From Candidatus Latescibacterota bacterium (GTDB lineage: Bacteria > Latescibacterota > UBA2968): a stretch of DNA of 64,000 nucleotides. The stretch is from the NCBI GenBank assembly GCA_965116885.1, contig OZ220741.1, positions 2,784,001 to 2,848,000 on the forward strand. Direction: 5' to 3'. Position numbers and translations under genes: made by a program. The notes under the pieces were generated by a model. The model was given only the letters and a program-made list of their open reading frames with translations. It did no database searches and was not told the origin of the DNA. Shown in pieces: positions 10,901 to 19,542 of this stretch (the first letter of the stretch is position 1; each line of letters starts with the position of its first letter).

Positions 10901-11257
10901 TTCTTCGCGGTCTCTTTGTCGCCACAATTGGAGCGCGTTGATCAAGTGTTGCTGGAGGCCGCCAAAGTGTTGTTCCACGCGCAGTGCGATCTGGTCGAGG
11001 CTGGGCGGTCTGATAAATGGCAGGACGCAGAAGCGGGCGAGCAGGTATAAGAGGCACAGGACGCACAAAACCTCTAAGACAATTTTGAGGATTGGGCGCA
11101 GGTAGAATATCGATTCGAGGATGACGAGGGCAATGCCCGCACTGAGGATAAATATCAGTGCGAGTCCCACGCCTGTTAGTGCCCGATTCGCCGCGAGGAG
11201 TGTGCGCAGTCTTGTGAGGCGGTGGGTGAGTTTTTGATGTGCGGAGTGTGAGGTCAT
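7967..11257 (-). CDS. DUF4175-like membrane-anchored coiled-coil protein
   Basis: N-terminal TM helices, Ig-like region (DQPPDV, DDYGIS, AYDNNP), long Q/E-rich coil, C-terminal PEYQALIRRYF. Confidence 0.75.
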   Translation of the reverse strand: MTSHSAHQKLTHRLTRLRTLLAANRALTGVGLALIFILSAGIALVILESIFYLRPILKIVLEVLCVLCLLYLLARFCVLPFIRPPSLDQIALRVEQHFGGLQQHLINALQLWRQRDREEHATALVDAAIIQAERATQHLPYEALINRKPPIRAATAVVVLALVALLLYAGWPTALSGAAQRLANPQTPYTRPPDTYIILQPGNVEIIGGESLTLTAQFAGIVPRTARLYIREKGVQTWASFPLPVKQTGASHHFPNVTRSFDYRLSAHDAQTPTYTATVHPRPIVTRISHRDRFPPHTAMPDRIDQQGGDIIVPTGTEVSLTIETNKPLESAALVFGDATELSAAVSSSLAQTTLTIKKDGRYRVHLRDHQMITNKDPVAYRIVALPDQPPDVRLLRPGQDIDLTESMRVSLVAEAFDDYGISRLQLRYQKDGDTDHTLPIITTSGREIEASYHWDLSNLDLLPGDQITYRIRAYDNNPRPSYGETATFTIRMPSLFEIHREADKTQRESIDEIETVQQRGRELDARLKELARDMLSKDKLDWQEKRELEKARQTQEQLAEKIESTAEQLERALDRLQESGLLEDDTLQKLEELQTLLSQIRTPELDDVMKKLDEAIKNADANMVRETLEQFQMEREKFRETLDRTLALLQRVQQQQTLDALNQKLEELAHAQDQITQNIEREPAEELARRQTRIARDTEQLRAELQQAAQKMDSPTDGELDQIANTIKNKQLTPRMDQVHQNLAQGQRQSARSGSDSLARDLQNMSQGLAQTRQRFIQRQKEEIARELNRVLHDLLTLSQAQERTAQRANEAGSRDDTAPLALDQARAMTGASRMAQRLMDASQKTFFMPPRAQATLGQALNKMEGAAEQLNAGNATQAAQLAREAMGEINRTAMMVQQALGQLAASESGTGFEEMMAKMAQLAQQQGELNAQTENLFGQPGQSGQPSWQKLAAQQRAIRDALNALRGELARQQREMLGDLGKIASDMRETASELLQRRVAPQTLMRQRQILSRMLDAQQAMRSRGKSKKRQARTGVNLTYRGPGTLPADLGVADNPLRHLMRDALKEGYSPEYQALIRRYFENLIEDAKKTTDK

Positions 11258-11297
11258 GGGAATTGGGAATTGAGAATTAGGAATTGAGAATTAAGAA
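11258..11297. repeat. Heptamer tandem array (RRGAATT x5.7)
   Basis: GGGAATT GGGAATT GAGAATT AGGAATT GAGAATT AAGAA, directly abutting the start codon at 11257. Confidence 0.85.
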
Positions 11298-11332
11298 GCA
11301 TCTTTTCCCTTACAATCAGCAGTTTTTAATTT

Positions 11333-11995
11333 TTAGTGCGTTAGTGCCCAGACAATGACGTTGGTGCCCATTTTGAGGGCTTCTTGTCTTTTTTCAGGCG
11401 GGTCGTTGTGTACGTCGGGATCATCCCATCCATCGGCGATGTCGCTGCTCGTGTTGTAAAAGACGATCAGGCGGTCTTCGTGAAATAGCCCCAGAGCCTG
11501 AGGTGGGTCGCCGTCGTGTTCGTGGATTTTTGGCAAGCCGTTTGGAAAGTGAAACGGCGTTTTGAAGAGGTCAAAAGACGGGGGCAATTGGACGAGTTTT
11601 TTGTCGGGGAATGCGCGTTTGAGTTCCCTGCGAAAGGATTCGTCCAGGCCGTAGTCGTCGTTGGCGAAGAGAAATCCGCCGCGTTCGAGATAGAGGCGCA
11701 AGCGCCGCAGTTCTTCTTCGGAGAATCGGATGTTGCCGTGTCCTGTGAGAAATAGAACGGGATAGGCAAAGAGGTGTTCGTCGGTGAGTGCAACCTGGGC
11801 TTCTTGCTCGGCGGTGCGAATGGGCGTGTGTTGTCTGATAAATGCGAGCAGGTTGGGGATTTCTGTTGGCCCATTGTACCAATCCCCGCCGCCGTCGTAT
11901 TTGAGACGCGCTATGGTGAATGCCGCGGGCGGCTCTTGCAATTGGGCCAGGCTGGGCGCTGTGATTATCAGGAGTAAGAGGTAGAAATGGCGCAT
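11333..11995 (-). CDS. DUF4159 domain exported protein
   Basis: ARLKYDGGGDWY, LTGHG, GGFLFANDDY, LPKIHEH, DIADGW, ALKMGTN; likely start MRHFYLLLL. Confidence 0.85.
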   Translation of the reverse strand: MRHFYLLLLIITAPSLAQLQEPPAAFTIARLKYDGGGDWYNGPTEIPNLLAFIRQHTPIRTAEQEAQVALTDEHLFAYPVLFLTGHGNIRFSEEELRRLRLYLERGGFLFANDDYGLDESFRRELKRAFPDKKLVQLPPSFDLFKTPFHFPNGLPKIHEHDGDPPQALGLFHEDRLIVFYNTSSDIADGWDDPDVHNDPPEKRQEALKMGTNVIVWALTH

Positions 11996-12033
11996 GGTTT
12001 TTATGACGCGAGAAGGCGGTTTTCGGTTCCGTT

Positions 12034-12056
12034 GTAGGGGCGGTGCCCCTCCGCCC
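12034..12056 (+). repeat. GTAG-type REP-like element, copy 1 (shortened)
   Basis: GTAGGGGCGGTGCCCCTCCGCCC; related copies at 13585 and 16896. Confidence 0.75.
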
Positions 12057-12068
12057 ATTGGAGGTCTC

Positions 12069-12410
12069 TTATGTCTCACTTTTCACTTTGTCAATTTGCA
12101 ATATGGAGGGCGCTGTGCCAAAGGTGTAAGTGCAGTCGAAGCTAACTTCTGATAAACACCGCGTGTCAATTGGAAATGCCGCGCATTGTTTGGGGCGGTT
12201 TTCGTAGATGCTACAGAGGGTATCTCCGGTGTCATTTTTGATGAGAAATGGACATTTGAACAGGAGTTCGCAGCAGTTGCCACATTGATTGCATTCACCC
12301 TGTCGGTTTTTTTCTTGTTGCGCGACATAGGCTTTGCGAAATCGCAGCAGTACAAAGCGTCGTACTTTGCCTATGGCTTGTTCGCACATTTTGCCAAGGG
12401 TTCTGGGCAT
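12069..12410 (-). CDS. YkgJ-like cysteine-cluster protein
   Basis: CNQCGNCC...CPFL...CSIYENRPKQCAAFP. Confidence 0.75.
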   Translation of the reverse strand: MPRTLGKMCEQAIGKVRRFVLLRFRKAYVAQQEKNRQGECNQCGNCCELLFKCPFLIKNDTGDTLCSIYENRPKQCAAFPIDTRCLSEVSFDCTYTFGTAPSILQIDKVKSET

Positions 12411-12425
12411 GAGAGAGTCCTGTTC

Positions 12426-13568
12426 TTATTTCATTTGTTCGATTTCACGCTCTGCGGCCTGTACGCTGTCTTTGGTGTCGTGAACGGCGATGGTGAGGTC
12501 GCAGTGCTGGGTTTCGCCGCCGTTGAGTGTGATGACGCGCCCGGCGTCGCGTTCAACACTTTTAGTGTTGGGATAGTTGGTGGCGGGTTCGAGGCCCACG
12601 ACGTATCCATCCCGGGTTGCTGCAGTGTTTTTCCAGAGGGTGAAGTACGGCATTTGTTTGAGTGCGTAGTGGAGCGAAGACCCTATGTTGCCTTCGGCGT
12701 TTTTGAGCAGGACAGATGTGTTGCCTTCGCTGTTGCCGGCGAGTTCGTAAAAATAAACTTGTTCGATATAACCCGGGGTGGGGCCGAGACATTGGTCGAA
12801 GGTGTTGACGCCTTCCTCTGCGCGTGGGTCGCGTGGGGAGACGGTTTTGTGCGGTGTTACGATGGACGCGCCTTCTTCGAGGAGGGGTGCGCCGTAGTTG
12901 CAGTGGTAGAGCAGTTCCATTTCAGCGGGTTTGTCGTTGAGGTTGGTGACTTGATCGGCTATGGTGAAGGTGTTGCTGCCGAGTTCTGTCGATATGGCTG
13001 TGGTGAGGCGCAGCGCGGGACCAAACATCATGGTTTCATCGACGATGCCCAATACGGTGATGCGATGGGGCGGTGTCAGGTCGATTTGTATTTCGACATG
13101 GCGCGCGGGTATGTTGGCGATTTTGCCGTGTAGGGGGACAAAGACTTCGGCTTCGTTGCCGTTGTTGTCGATTACGATGTCGTTGCCGGGGGCGCCATTG
13201 CTGTCGAGGCCACAGCGCACGATCCATTCGTTAAAGCCTTTGAGCCATCCCAGGCCGCCCCGGTCATTGAGTTCGATAAAGGCCGGGTTGACGAGGTCGC
13301 GCACGGGCGATTCCCAGCCGAGGGGTATGCCGCGATAAGTGCCTTTCCATATTCCCATGCCGCGCGTGGGAACGATGAATACGGAGAGTGCCCCGTTGTC
13401 GATTTCTATGAGGTCAACGCCGTCTTGTGTGCCGCCTTTGAGGGCGGTTTTTTGTACGCGCCAGGTATGTTTTGTACCGAGTGGTAGAGTGGATTCATCG
13501 ATGGTCCACGATTCTGTCCAGTGTGCGCGTTCGACATCGGTGAGAATGGAGCGATACATGCCTTCCAT
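12426..13568 (-). CDS. Aldose 1-epimerase-like protein (DUF4432)
   Basis: PTRGMGIW, LHGKIAN, LLYHCNYG, YVVGLEPATNYPN; start MEGMY with AAGGAA RBS. Confidence 0.85.
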   Translation of the reverse strand: MEGMYRSILTDVERAHWTESWTIDESTLPLGTKHTWRVQKTALKGGTQDGVDLIEIDNGALSVFIVPTRGMGIWKGTYRGIPLGWESPVRDLVNPAFIELNDRGGLGWLKGFNEWIVRCGLDSNGAPGNDIVIDNNGNEAEVFVPLHGKIANIPARHVEIQIDLTPPHRITVLGIVDETMMFGPALRLTTAISTELGSNTFTIADQVTNLNDKPAEMELLYHCNYGAPLLEEGASIVTPHKTVSPRDPRAEEGVNTFDQCLGPTPGYIEQVYFYELAGNSEGNTSVLLKNAEGNIGSSLHYALKQMPYFTLWKNTAATRDGYVVGLEPATNYPNTKSVERDAGRVITLNGGETQHCDLTIAVHDTKDSVQAAEREIEQMK

Positions 13569-13584
13569 AGAAATTTCCTTCTGT

Positions 13585-13611
13585 GTAGGGGCGGTGCCCC
13601 CGTGCCCGCCC
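13585..13611 (+). repeat. GTAG-type REP-like element, copy 2
   Basis: GTAGGGGCGGTGCCCCCGTGCCCGCCC followed by a partial GTAGGGACAGG. Confidence 0.8.
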
Positions 13612-13784
13612 GTCGTAGGGACAGGTCTATTCTTTTGTGTATGATCTTCAGAATATACGGGAAAATGCACGAGGTGAAAAGCGCAACGTATGGGCGACGC
13701 GGCAGGATGGTTGTCAAAATGGGTATAAGAACGTATAATTTTCTAACGGATGTTACGTATCTTTTAGACGCTGGCGATTGTAAA

Positions 13785-15167
13785 ATGAAAAAGCAAACCT
13801 TCTTTTTTTGCGGTATTGGCGGCAGTGGCATGAGTGCTATTGCACAGGTGTTGCTGCATCAAGGCCATGCGGTGCGCGGGTCGGATCGCAGTTATGACCA
13901 GGGGCAGAATGCGGATTTGTACGCGCGGTTGCAGGCGCTTGGGGTGGTGTTGTTTCCGCAGGATGGGTCGGGTGTGGATGCAGATGTGGATGTGCTGGTG
14001 GTGTCGAGTGCGGTCGAGCCGACGATTTTAGATGTACAGGCGGGGCTGGATCGCGGTATTGCTATTCGCAAGCGGGCAGAGGTGTTGGCGGACTTGTTTC
14101 ATCGGGGAACGGGGATTGCCGTGGGTGGGACGAGTGGAAAATCAACGGTGACGGGAATGATTGGTCATATTTTGAACAGGACCGGGCGCGATCCCACGGT
14201 GATCAATGGGGGGATGATGCGCGATGCGGTGCAGCCTCCGCGATTGGGCAATGCATTGTGTGGCGATGCCGAGTTGGTCGTGATTGAAGCAGATGAGAGC
14301 GATGGTACGATTGCGCTGTACGAGCCGACGGTGTCGGTGTTGACGAATATTTCGCTGGATCACAAGCCGATGGCAGAGTTGGCGTCGCTTTTTGGGGCGT
14401 TTTGCGCGCAGGCAAGAGATGCGGTGGTGGTGAATCGTCTGTGCGAGCGGTCGATGGCTTTGACGCAGGGGATGAAGCGGCGGGTGACTTTTGGGGTGGA
14501 TTGCGAAGGGACAGATGTGCATGCTGCCGATGTCGCGTTGTTGCCCGATGGTGTGCGGTGTGTTGTCAATGGGTATTCTTGTCGGTTGCGCGTGCCTGGG
14601 CGGCACAATGTTGCCAATGCAGTGGCGGCTGTTGCCGCGTGTGGGGTGCTTGGGATAAGTGTACGGGATGGGACAGAAGCATTGGGCGGTTTTCGGGGGA
14701 TTGGCAGGCGGCTGGAGGTGGTGGGCAAGGCACAGGGGGTGACGGTGTTCGATGATTTTGCACATAATCCGGATAAAATTGCCGCGAGTTTGGCAACGTT
14801 AAAGGCGCAGCCCGGTCGCGTGTTGTCGGTTTTTCAGCCTCATGGGTTTGGGCCAACGCGGTTTTTGATGGATGGGCTGATTTCGGCATTTGTCAATGGG
14901 ATGGAAAGGGATGATCTGGTGATTATGTCGGAGATTTTTTATGCTGGCGGGACAGCGCAAAAGGATATTTCTTCGGGGGATTTGATCGCGCAGATTGCGC
15001 GTGCTGGGCGACGGGCTGAGTACATTGAGATGCGTGAGGATATTGTTATGCGTTTGGCGGAAGAGGCGCGGGATGGTGACCGCATTATCGTAATGGGTGC
15101 GCGAGATGATTCGCTGACGGATTTTGCAAGGGATATATTGTCTCAGATTGAGAGCAGGGTGCGATGA
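13785..15167 (+). CDS. Mur ligase, MurC/Mpl-like (probably peptidoglycan recycling)
   Basis: FCGIGGSGMS, VGGTSGKST, EADESDG, DDFAHNP, FQPHG; overlaps the LD-carboxypeptidase gene. Confidence 0.85.
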   Translation: MKKQTFFFCGIGGSGMSAIAQVLLHQGHAVRGSDRSYDQGQNADLYARLQALGVVLFPQDGSGVDADVDVLVVSSAVEPTILDVQAGLDRGIAIRKRAEVLADLFHRGTGIAVGGTSGKSTVTGMIGHILNRTGRDPTVINGGMMRDAVQPPRLGNALCGDAELVVIEADESDGTIALYEPTVSVLTNISLDHKPMAELASLFGAFCAQARDAVVVNRLCERSMALTQGMKRRVTFGVDCEGTDVHAADVALLPDGVRCVVNGYSCRLRVPGRHNVANAVAAVAACGVLGISVRDGTEALGGFRGIGRRLEVVGKAQGVTVFDDFAHNPDKIAASLATLKAQPGRVLSVFQPHGFGPTRFLMDGLISAFVNGMERDDLVIMSEIFYAGGTAQKDISSGDLIAQIARAGRRAEYIEMREDIVMRLAEEARDGDRIIVMGARDDSLTDFARDILSQIESRVR

Positions 15168-16060
15168 GTTTGCCTCCTGAATTGCAACCGGGCGATGCGG
15201 TGGGGGTGATTGCGCCATCCGGGTCTTTTGAGCGCGAGCGGTTGGCGCCCGGTCTGGCGTTTTTGCGCGCGAAGGGGTTTGGCGTGCGCGAGGGGATGTC
15301 GCTTTACGCGCGGGATCGGTATTTGGCGGGGACGGATCAGGCGCGTGCGGATGATGTGAATGCGATGTTTGCCGATGGGGATGTGAAGGGTATTTTTGTC
15401 GCGCGCGGCGGGTATGGGGCTGCCCGCATTTTGGCGTTTTTGGATTGGGCGTCTATTGCCCAAAATCCAAAGGTGCTGGTGGGGCTGAGCGATACGACGG
15501 CGTTGCAGTTGGCGATTTTTGCGCGAACGGGATTGGTGACGTTTTCGGGGTTTTTGCTGTGTTCGGATGCGACGGCAGAAGGTGTTGACCAGGAGACGGA
15601 TAAGGCATTATGGGCAGCGGTGTGTTCGCATCGGTTTGCGGGCATTGGTTTAACGCCTCTGCGTGGTGGGGAGGTGAGAGGACCACTCATTGGGGGGTGT
15701 TTGTCGCTGGTGGCGTCGCTGGTGGGTACGCGGTTTTTACCAGTACTGGATGGCGCAGTGTTGGTGCTGGAGGATGTGAATGAGCCGCCGTATCGCGTGG
15801 ATCGAATGCTGAATCAGTTGGCGATGGCCGGGGTGTTTGATCGGGTCGCGGGTGTGGTGTTTGGCGAGTTTGTGGATTGCGAACCCGAGCGGGAGGCAGA
15901 GGGCCGGGTCGAAGATGTGATCGATGATTTTGTTGCACGGGTGTCCTGTCCGGTTTTTTGTGGTTTGCCCTATGGACACGGCAAGGCGCGGCGGGTGCTG
16001 CCGATTGGTCTGGGCGTCAGGATTGCACGGGATGTGTTGGAATTTCAGGGGGCTGGTTAG
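15164..16060 (+). CDS. ldcA: LD-carboxypeptidase (peptidase S66)
   Basis: IAPS, RGGYG, GLSDTT, LEDVNE, PYGH catalytic motifs. Confidence 0.9.
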   Translation: MSLPPELQPGDAVGVIAPSGSFERERLAPGLAFLRAKGFGVREGMSLYARDRYLAGTDQARADDVNAMFADGDVKGIFVARGGYGAARILAFLDWASIAQNPKVLVGLSDTTALQLAIFARTGLVTFSGFLLCSDATAEGVDQETDKALWAAVCSHRFAGIGLTPLRGGEVRGPLIGGCLSLVASLVGTRFLPVLDGAVLVLEDVNEPPYRVDRMLNQLAMAGVFDRVAGVVFGEFVDCEPEREAEGRVEDVIDDFVARVSCPVFCGLPYGHGKARRVLPIGLGVRIARDVLEFQGAG

Positions 16061-16089
16061 AGCACTCCGCGGGAAAGGAATTTGCTTTG

Positions 16090-16884
16090 ATGCAAAGAAT
16101 ACCCTTGATATTTTTTATTTTCGTGACGCTGTCGTGCGCGGCGATAAATCAACTGAATTTGTTGACACCCGAGGAAGAGGTGGAACTCGGCAGGCAAGCC
16201 GCGCGAGAGGTGGAGCGGTCAATGCGACTATACAGGGATCCTGTGGTGCGTACCTATATAGATAGTCTGGGGCAGGCTCTGGTGCGGGCGTCGGCACTAT
16301 CGCAGTTTCGATATTATTTTAAGGTGGTCGATGCGCCCGAGGTGAATGCTTTTGCTCTGCCGGGGGGATTTGTATATGTGAATCTCGGGTTGATTCAAGC
16401 GGCTACGACCGAGTCGGAGTTGGTCGGGGTGATCGGGCACGAGATTGGGCACGTGGAGATGCATCACGGAGCTAAGAACATTTCGCGTCATTATGGTCTT
16501 GCTGTTGTGGTCGAGTTGATATCCGGGGATGAGGACACATCGCTGGGGCGAGAAATCGCCGGTCAATTGGCGGGATTTGGCGGGGGCGTGTACTTGTTGA
16601 AATACGGGCGAGCAGCAGAGCGCGAATCCGATAGGTTCGCAGTACATTGCCTGGTGAAGGCAGGTGTCGATCCCGAGGGCATAGCGCGTTTTTTTGAGAC
16701 GTTGTTGAAGTTGCAAAAAAGCGAGCCCAAAGGGGTCGAGAAGTGGTTTGCGACACATCCCCCAACGCAGTCGCGCGTCGATTTTGTGCGGTCTGAGATT
16801 GCCAAATTCCCGAATACTGCTGGTCTCAAAAAGACATCCGCGAGGTTCAAACAAATTCGCGCCCGCATCGGCGGAGGCAAATAA
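16090..16884 (+). CDS. M48 family zinc metalloprotease, lipoprotein
   Basis: Lipobox TLSC, VNAFALPGG, HEIGH, ERESD, THP. Confidence 0.9.
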   Translation: MQRIPLIFFIFVTLSCAAINQLNLLTPEEEVELGRQAAREVERSMRLYRDPVVRTYIDSLGQALVRASALSQFRYYFKVVDAPEVNAFALPGGFVYVNLGLIQAATTESELVGVIGHEIGHVEMHHGAKNISRHYGLAVVVELISGDEDTSLGREIAGQLAGFGGGVYLLKYGRAAERESDRFAVHCLVKAGVDPEGIARFFETLLKLQKSEPKGVEKWFATHPPTQSRVDFVRSEIAKFPNTAGLKKTSARFKQIRARIGGGK

Positions 16885-16895
16885 ACGTATCCGAT

Positions 16896-16922
16896 GTAGG
16901 GGCGGTGCCCCTGTGCCCGCCC
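16896..16922 (+). repeat. GTAG-type REP-like element, copy 3
   Basis: GTAGGGGCGGTGCCCCTGTGCCCGCCC, 1 mismatch to copy 2. Confidence 0.8.
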
Positions 16923-16944
16923 GCGTCGTTAGTTGTCATCGCGA

Positions 16945-16972
16945 ACTTCACACTTCACACTTCCTACTTCCT
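16945..16972. repeat. Heptamer tandem array
   Basis: ACTTCAC ACTTCAC ACTTCCT ACTTCCT, directly before the ATG at 16973. Confidence 0.8.
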
Positions 16973-17986
16973 ATGATTCGTTTTCTCAAATGGTTTTTCC
17001 CGATTAGCCTGGCGGTTCTGATTGTTTTAGTCGCCAGCGCGTACTGGTATGTGACACCGCAGCGGTTAAAGACGATTGTACAACCGCGTCTGTCGTCGGC
17101 TTTGGGCCGGGAGGTGATGTTCAACCGTATAGAGTGGGGGTTGTCTGATGGCGTGGTGTTTTCGGGTTTAAAAGTGGAAGGTCGGGCTGGTGCAGGTCCC
17201 TTTTTGGTTGCGGAGCGGGCACAGGTGTATATGTCTCGGTGGAAGTTGTTGTCGGTTTTGGGCGCGCTGGTGCTGGAAGGTGAGATGCCTAGAATGGGTG
17301 AGCAGAGCGATGCCGAAGGTGAGCCAATTCTATCCATAGATCGCGTTCAGTTTCAGGATGGTACGTTGCGGGTGAGACGCATTGAGATTGTTTTTGATCA
17401 TTTAGAGACGGCTTTGCAGGTCGAGAATAGGCGTGTAAATCTGGACTCTATTCAGGGGCAGGTGTGCGAGGGCACGCTCGAGGGATCTCTGGTGTGGGAT
17501 AATGGCGCGTGGGATGGGTCCATGTCACTCGTGAATGCCCAGGCAGAACGGGTGGTGCGTTCGATTGGTTGGGATATTCCGCTTTACGGCGGGGTTGATA
17601 TAACGGCTCAGGTTTCGGGTGCAGACGTGAGCGGTACCGCACAAATGGCCGAGGGGCGTATTGTGAAGTGGGCTTTTTTGCAGCGGTTGTTGCGCCCGAT
17701 GGCACAATGGGGTTTGATAAATGCCGATGAGGTCCCGCTTAAAGATGTGACGGTGGTTTTTCAGGTGCAGAGCGATGAGGTGATTCTGGATGGGACAAAG
17801 TTCACTGCTTCAGATATAGTTTGTGCGTTGAATGGTAGGAGTACCAGGAAGGGTCATTTGGATTATGTGCTGGATGTGGAGATGCCCATTCAATTTGCCG
17901 GGTTTCGCCTGGGGAGAGCCATTCCTATACGGGTAAAAATTACCGGTCCGGCAAACGCGCCAGAGGTGGCGGTAGAGATTAAATAG
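16973..17986 (+). CDS. Short AsmA-like protein
   Basis: N-terminal TM anchor, LGREV, beta-rich body, C-terminal IPIRVKITGPANAPEV. Confidence 0.65.
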   Translation: MIRFLKWFFPISLAVLIVLVASAYWYVTPQRLKTIVQPRLSSALGREVMFNRIEWGLSDGVVFSGLKVEGRAGAGPFLVAERAQVYMSRWKLLSVLGALVLEGEMPRMGEQSDAEGEPILSIDRVQFQDGTLRVRRIEIVFDHLETALQVENRRVNLDSIQGQVCEGTLEGSLVWDNGAWDGSMSLVNAQAERVVRSIGWDIPLYGGVDITAQVSGADVSGTAQMAEGRIVKWAFLQRLLRPMAQWGLINADEVPLKDVTVVFQVQSDEVILDGTKFTASDIVCALNGRSTRKGHLDYVLDVEMPIQFAGFRLGRAIPIRVKITGPANAPEVAVEIK

Positions 17987-17989
17987 TTT

Positions 17990-18106
17990 TTAAGCCAGCA
18001 GAAGGATAATGATTATGCCGAGCACTATCAATCCGCCAAAAAAAACGATGCAAAAACCTCTGATAAATCCGCCCACGAAGCCATCTTTTTTGTCATTGTT
18101 GTTCAT
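17990..18106 (-). CDS. Small single-TM membrane protein (38 aa), absent from the ORF track
   Basis: MNNNDKKDGFVGGFIRGFCIVFFGGLIVLGIIIILLLA with AAGGGAG RBS. Confidence 0.55.
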   Translation of the reverse strand: MNNNDKKDGFVGGFIRGFCIVFFGGLIVLGIIIILLLA

Positions 18107-18145
18107 GTTACTCCCTTCAGTTTAGAGGACGGATTCGCGCGGTTT

Positions 18146-19531
18146 TTAACTCGGCTGGAACCGAAACGCAAATAGATCCGCGTCCTTGAGGGTGAAGCGT
18201 AACCGTACCGGCTGACCTGCCAGCAGACGCATATTTCCCTTACTCTCCCAACGGACTGTACCGTCGATGGCATCACCAAATATCTCAGGGCACTCGTCCA
18301 GTGTGAAGCCCGGCTGCGGATGCCCTTCCGTATCCTGAATCTCAACGCGCACAAATCCCACCGCTGATGTCGAAAAGTTCAATCTCAGACTGTCGCCTGT
18401 GAAAATTAACGGACGGGTGACGAACTCGCCGCCAGCGTAGCCTGCCCGGACCGACACGAACCCGTCGGTTCGGAGCGAGAATCGACGAATATGGACAGTC
18501 GGCAGGCGCCAGTTTTCCATACCGTACAGCGAGAGTTCATCGGGTGATGTTTGCAGGATGCCCCGCTCCATGTACATCCCGCGTTCATGCCAGTTGCCCT
18601 CATCGAGCCCGGGACGGACAAAAGCCTCCCTGAAACTGCGATCAAAGTGGAGGCCATCGCGGCTGGACATAAACACGATGTCATTCACGCCTGAACCGTA
18701 TTTCCAGCCCGGAATTGGCTCGCGTTCTGGCACGAAGCGTGCCGGAAACATCAGATACACGCCCGGCGCCCGCTCGTAAGGCACGCAAGCATTGGTATAG
18801 AGATGCTCGAAGGGCGTCTCGCCGGTGTCAATCAGCTCGAGCGGTGTCCAATGGCGAAAGTCTTTGGAGGTCGTGCGGCGAATCCAGCGCACCCCGTTTA
18901 TGAAGTCGCCTTTACCTGCCACGCCGCGCGTGTACGCGACATATTCCTCCCGCTCCGCGTCCCAAAAGGCGATGTTGTGTGAATCAAAGGGTTGATCGGT
19001 CAGGATTGGCGCATCCTGCATCAGTCGCCAGCGAAGACCGTCAGGCGAGACCAACGCGAGTACATCGCCAGTGCGTACAATGGCTTTGTACCGTTCTTCG
19101 TCCAGCGCGTCGGGGTTGCCATCGCGAAATGGCGACATGTTATTACCTGGTCCCGCCCATACGAGGTTATTCTCTTTCGAATCTTGAAACGCAATCAGTC
19201 CGAGTCGTGGCTTCTCCCAGTGAACACCGTCGGTACTTTCAGCGTAGGCGATAAGCGGGTGACGCGTACCGCGAATCGGCATCTCCGGGTCGCAGCGATA
19301 CCACGCGCGGAACCGGTCGCCGTCGCAGAACGTGACCATATAGGAAACACCGCCCCTTTCCCACGGATGTTCAGGGGAAATTACAACCTCGCGACGCACA
19401 GGTTCATGCAAGTGCTGCGTGACACCCTGCGCTTCAGCAATCCAGAAATTGTCCGCGAACAGCTGGCGGTCTGTGCCGATGTGGATAGGTGGACGGTTGT
19501 TATCTTGTCGTTCCATTTTGGTCTCTTTCAT
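18146..19531 (-). CDS. Putative glycoside hydrolase, five-bladed beta-propeller (GH32/GH43-like clan)
   Basis: RQLFAD, repeated SxDG..W boxes, FDSHNIAFWD, LRTDGFVS; the start may be 19516. Confidence 0.6.
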   Translation of the reverse strand: MKETKMERQDNNRPPIHIGTDRQLFADNFWIAEAQGVTQHLHEPVRREVVISPEHPWERGGVSYMVTFCDGDRFRAWYRCDPEMPIRGTRHPLIAYAESTDGVHWEKPRLGLIAFQDSKENNLVWAGPGNNMSPFRDGNPDALDEERYKAIVRTGDVLALVSPDGLRWRLMQDAPILTDQPFDSHNIAFWDAEREEYVAYTRGVAGKGDFINGVRWIRRTTSKDFRHWTPLELIDTGETPFEHLYTNACVPYERAPGVYLMFPARFVPEREPIPGWKYGSGVNDIVFMSSRDGLHFDRSFREAFVRPGLDEGNWHERGMYMERGILQTSPDELSLYGMENWRLPTVHIRRFSLRTDGFVSVRAGYAGGEFVTRPLIFTGDSLRLNFSTSAVGFVRVEIQDTEGHPQPGFTLDECPEIFGDAIDGTVRWESKGNMRLLAGQPVRLRFTLKDADLFAFRFQPS

Positions 19532-19542
19532 CTACAAAAGAA

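Noticed and set aside
12034..16922. REP copies as CRISPR repeats
   Set aside because: They are separated by kilobases of coding sequence
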